Below are positions 54,388 through 57,005 of a DNA stretch of 57,005 bases, piece after piece. The stretch is from an uncultured virus (IMG/VR IMGVR_UViG_3300042452_000440) (taxonomy: Duplodnaviria; Heunggongvirae; Uroviricota; Caudoviricetes), in the IMG/VR virus record IMGVR_UViG_3300042452_000440, one strand, 5' to 3'. The notes under the pieces were generated by a model. That model worked only from the letters and a program-made list of their open reading frames with translations, did no database searches and was not told where the DNA came from. Within the stretch, counting starts at the first letter, position 1, and every line of letters begins with the position of its first letter. The translations under genes and the position numbers were made by a program.

Positions 54388-54725
54388 TATGCTCCTGGAG
54401 TACGTGGTTGAACTTGACCCTCTTCAAGAGCTTCAACTCTTTCTTCAAGAGATGGAGCTGCTGCTTCGGTAGCAGGTGGTTCTGGTGGAGTTTCTACAAA
54501 CTCTTCCCTTTTAGGTTCTGCTTTTTTTTCATCTTCTTCATCTCCACCTTTCTTCATAGTATTAATTCCAAAGGTTGCGGCAGAGGCAGTAAAAACAGTC
54601 GCAATAAAAGTGGGGTCCATCTTGGATAGAGCCCCAGCATAACTAGCAGTTAGAAGAGCAGCAGACCATCCAAGGATGGCAATACGAATCACTTGCCCCA
54701 AAGCATTCTCCTTTTTCTTGTCCAT
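54387..54725 (-). CDS. Two-TM membrane protein
   Basis: IRIAILGWSAALLT...DPTFIATVFT...ATFGI; start trimmed to MDKKKEN. Confidence 0.65.
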   Translation of the reverse strand: MDKKKENALGQVIRIAILGWSAALLTASYAGALSKMDPTFIATVFTASAATFGINTMKKGGDEEDEKKAEPKREEFVETPPEPPATEAAAPSLEERVEALEEGQVQPRTPGA

Positions 54726-54762
54726 CAGTGTCCGTGTGATGAAGTCTGTCTTATTTAGGTTT

Positions 54763-56931
54763 TTAGAACCTAAACTTAACCTTTCCTGCGATAGAATTTG
54801 TAGTAACTCCACCATCAGATCCGTGAGAACCTTCAACGAACAAGAACTCTTTATAATCTAAGGATGCAGAAACTTCATAAGAACTATCAGTTGCATAAGA
54901 ACCTTCAACACTTACACCAAATAAATCTTTTTTCTTACCACCGAAACGGGTTTCTAACTTAATACCTGCTTCACCAACGTGAGTTGTCTTATTATATGCA
55001 TCAACTGTTCTTGCAGACTCAATAGAACCAGTTTCAGTATATCCATTCCTTCTTACATTCAGAACTGTATACCCAACAAATGGTTTTACTGATTTATTGA
55101 GATGCCAATATAAACGATTAGAAACCCACCACTCGTTTCCAGTTGTTTCGCCACCATTATTAAATACACCTTCTACGGTTCTATCATACTTATAATTGCT
55201 GTTTGCAATCGCAGCATTGGTATTCAGGGTTAAAGTATTACCTCTCAACTCACTGAATATTCCATAATGATTTTTATTTTGCTGGGTCTTTGAATCAACT
55301 CCGTTGAGGGTTATATTGATTTGATTATACTGGAATCCAACTGTCCAACCTTTGGTTACATCAAACTCAAATCCACCACCAAAGATTTTAGAATCAGCAG
55401 AATATCCATCAGCATTATACGATTGAGTAAAACGATTATTCTCAAATACTCTCAATCTTTCATTTCTCTTAGTTGGTTCGTGATTAAGAAGTCCATTAAT
55501 ACTATCATTAATGTTATCAAGAACATCAAACTGATCTATACGTCCAGAAAGAACATCATGAGTATTATTCGTATCAACAGAAAGAAGCAGTGAATAAATT
55601 ACAGTATTATCACTATAAGTATCTTGCTGCAATAAAGGAGTTTCAGTTGTAGTTGCAAAATCTCTTCTAATCTTCTGAACTCCATCTTTCTCAGATGATG
55701 TATGTGTTATCTCAGTTTTAGAAACAACAGGAAGTCCAGGTGCAGGAACAGTCACTGAGTTTATTAATGTTGGTGGAGTTGGAGTTGGTTCAGGTGTAGG
55801 TTCAGGAGTTGGTTCAGGAGTTGGTTCAGGAGTTGGTTCAGGAGTTGGTTCAGGAGTTGGTTCAGGTGTAGGTTGAGGAGTTGGTTCAGGAGTTGGTTCA
55901 GGTGTAGGTTGAGGAGTTGGTTCAGGTGTAGGTTGAGGAGTTGGTTCAGGTGTGGGCTCTGGTTCTGGAGTGGGTTCTGGTTCTGGAGTGGGTTCTGGTT
56001 CTGGTGTAGGTTCAGGAGTTGGAGTTGGTGCTACTTCATCAACAGATGGTGCATCTGGATTGTTTGGAGCAACAGGTGTAAATGCTTGACCATTCTGTGT
56101 TGTAGTTCCAGGCTGACTATCAACTAAGAGAACTGGTGATAATGCAGTGTCTCCAAGATTGAATACTGCAAATCCTAAGAGATAATCACCATCAGATCCT
56201 ACTTGATATGTTGAATACTGCCATCCAGTAGAACCATAAGTTCCTGTGGAATAATCACCAGTTCCAGGATTAGTAAATCCAAGTAATGCATAGTTTTGAA
56301 GTTGATTATTAACTGTTACTGTTGGAGATGAACCTGTTCCTTGATAGACAAGTGATGTAATAGAACCATCATTGAAAGGAACATAATCAGTTCCAATGTA
56401 GTTCCAAGACATTGTATAAACTTTACCTGTCTCTAAAACAACGGACTTTGTAATCCAAGCAGCATCAGTTGGATTTGGATTTCCTAATCCAGATGCTTGT
56501 TGTTGTTGGATGAGAAGATCTTTGATTGCTTGGTTTTCTGCCGCAGTTAATCCAAGTGCTTCTGTTGCTTGGTTAAATGTTGCTTGACCATTTGGTTGCA
56601 ATGCAGCACCAGCATCTCCATAAGGAGCAAACTCCCAAGTTGTTGGTGTTACTGCGGGTGCATGATATGGATTAGGAGATCCATCTTGTAGAGTTGGACT
56701 TCCTACTGCTCCGTGAGAAGGTGCATTGAAGATTACTGGATTATCTACAACACTAACACCCGTTCCCTGCCCAGTGATTGTACTGTCTAGTGTTCCTGTT
56801 TGAGTTCCAGTATTCCATCCTGTGGTATTTCCAGACTCAAAATCTGTACCAGAAATAGTATCTGCAAATGCAGTTGGTGCTCCCATTAAAAGAGCAGACG
56901 CTAAAACAAGCGCCTTCTTAGCGTAAGACAT
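54763..56931 (-). CDS. Autotransporter-like outer-membrane protein with Pro/Thr/Glu linker
   Basis: Signal peptide, passenger domain, (PTPE)n linker, beta-barrel ending GKVKFRF. Confidence 0.75.
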   Translation of the reverse strand: MSYAKKALVLASALLMGAPTAFADTISGTDFESGNTTGWNTGTQTGTLDSTITGQGTGVSVVDNPVIFNAPSHGAVGSPTLQDGSPNPYHAPAVTPTTWEFAPYGDAGAALQPNGQATFNQATEALGLTAAENQAIKDLLIQQQQASGLGNPNPTDAAWITKSVVLETGKVYTMSWNYIGTDYVPFNDGSITSLVYQGTGSSPTVTVNNQLQNYALLGFTNPGTGDYSTGTYGSTGWQYSTYQVGSDGDYLLGFAVFNLGDTALSPVLLVDSQPGTTTQNGQAFTPVAPNNPDAPSVDEVAPTPTPEPTPEPEPTPEPEPTPEPEPTPEPTPQPTPEPTPQPTPEPTPEPTPQPTPEPTPEPTPEPTPEPTPEPTPEPTPEPTPTPPTLINSVTVPAPGLPVVSKTEITHTSSEKDGVQKIRRDFATTTETPLLQQDTYSDNTVIYSLLLSVDTNNTHDVLSGRIDQFDVLDNINDSINGLLNHEPTKRNERLRVFENNRFTQSYNADGYSADSKIFGGGFEFDVTKGWTVGFQYNQINITLNGVDSKTQQNKNHYGIFSELRGNTLTLNTNAAIANSNYKYDRTVEGVFNNGGETTGNEWWVSNRLYWHLNKSVKPFVGYTVLNVRRNGYTETGSIESARTVDAYNKTTHVGEAGIKLETRFGGKKKDLFGVSVEGSYATDSSYEVSASLDYKEFLFVEGSHGSDGGVTTNSIAGKVKFRF
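55781..56029. repeat. Tandem 12/18-bp coding repeats (PEPT/PQPT)
   Basis: (GGTTCAGGAGTT)n and variants. Confidence 0.9.
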
Positions 56932-57005
56932 AAAAAGTCCTCTATGACTCAGTGTGTACTAAACGAAACAAACTAAAGTTGTTTAAAAGTAAAGTATTCA
57001 CCAAG

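Noticed and set aside
55781..56029. CRISPR-like repeat array
   Set aside because: Contiguous in-frame coding repeats with no unique spacers and no cas genes

Overview
Segment of a large T4-like cyanomyovirus genome (Kyanoviridae-type, Synechococcus/Cyanobium-like host inferred from the AMGs). It is AT-rich and almost entirely coded on the minus strand. In + strand order it contains: (1) a tail-fibre/virion accessory cluster built from shuffled repeats (1-13.6 kb); (2) a photosynthesis block: psbD, an HNH-nuclease/DNA-methyltransferase cassette, intron-less psbA with its 5' RNA motif, peroxiredoxin, two hli genes and petF; (3) a ~15.5 kb glycan-synthesis island (gmd, fcl, GT11, GT6, GT25, GT47, GT61, methyltransferases); (4) AMGs and microproteins (ndhP-like, PTOX, gnd, dps, pstS with a pho box, SLH porin); (5) 24 tRNA genes, 20 of them in one array interleaved with unexplained structured RNAs; (6) lysozyme-like, nuclease and autotransporter-like genes. 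The most striking element is missing from the ORF track: a 33-codon leader ORF (48830-48931, minus) upstream of the tRNA array. It contains a run of 19 consecutive, all-different amino acids, exactly the 19 served by the array (Val is absent from both), and it overlaps mutually exclusive antiterminator/terminator hairpins. This is a candidate ribosome-stalling attenuator that would sense shortage of essentially any tRNA and switch on the phage tRNA operon. All calls were made by eye from sequence; no database searches or folding programs were run.
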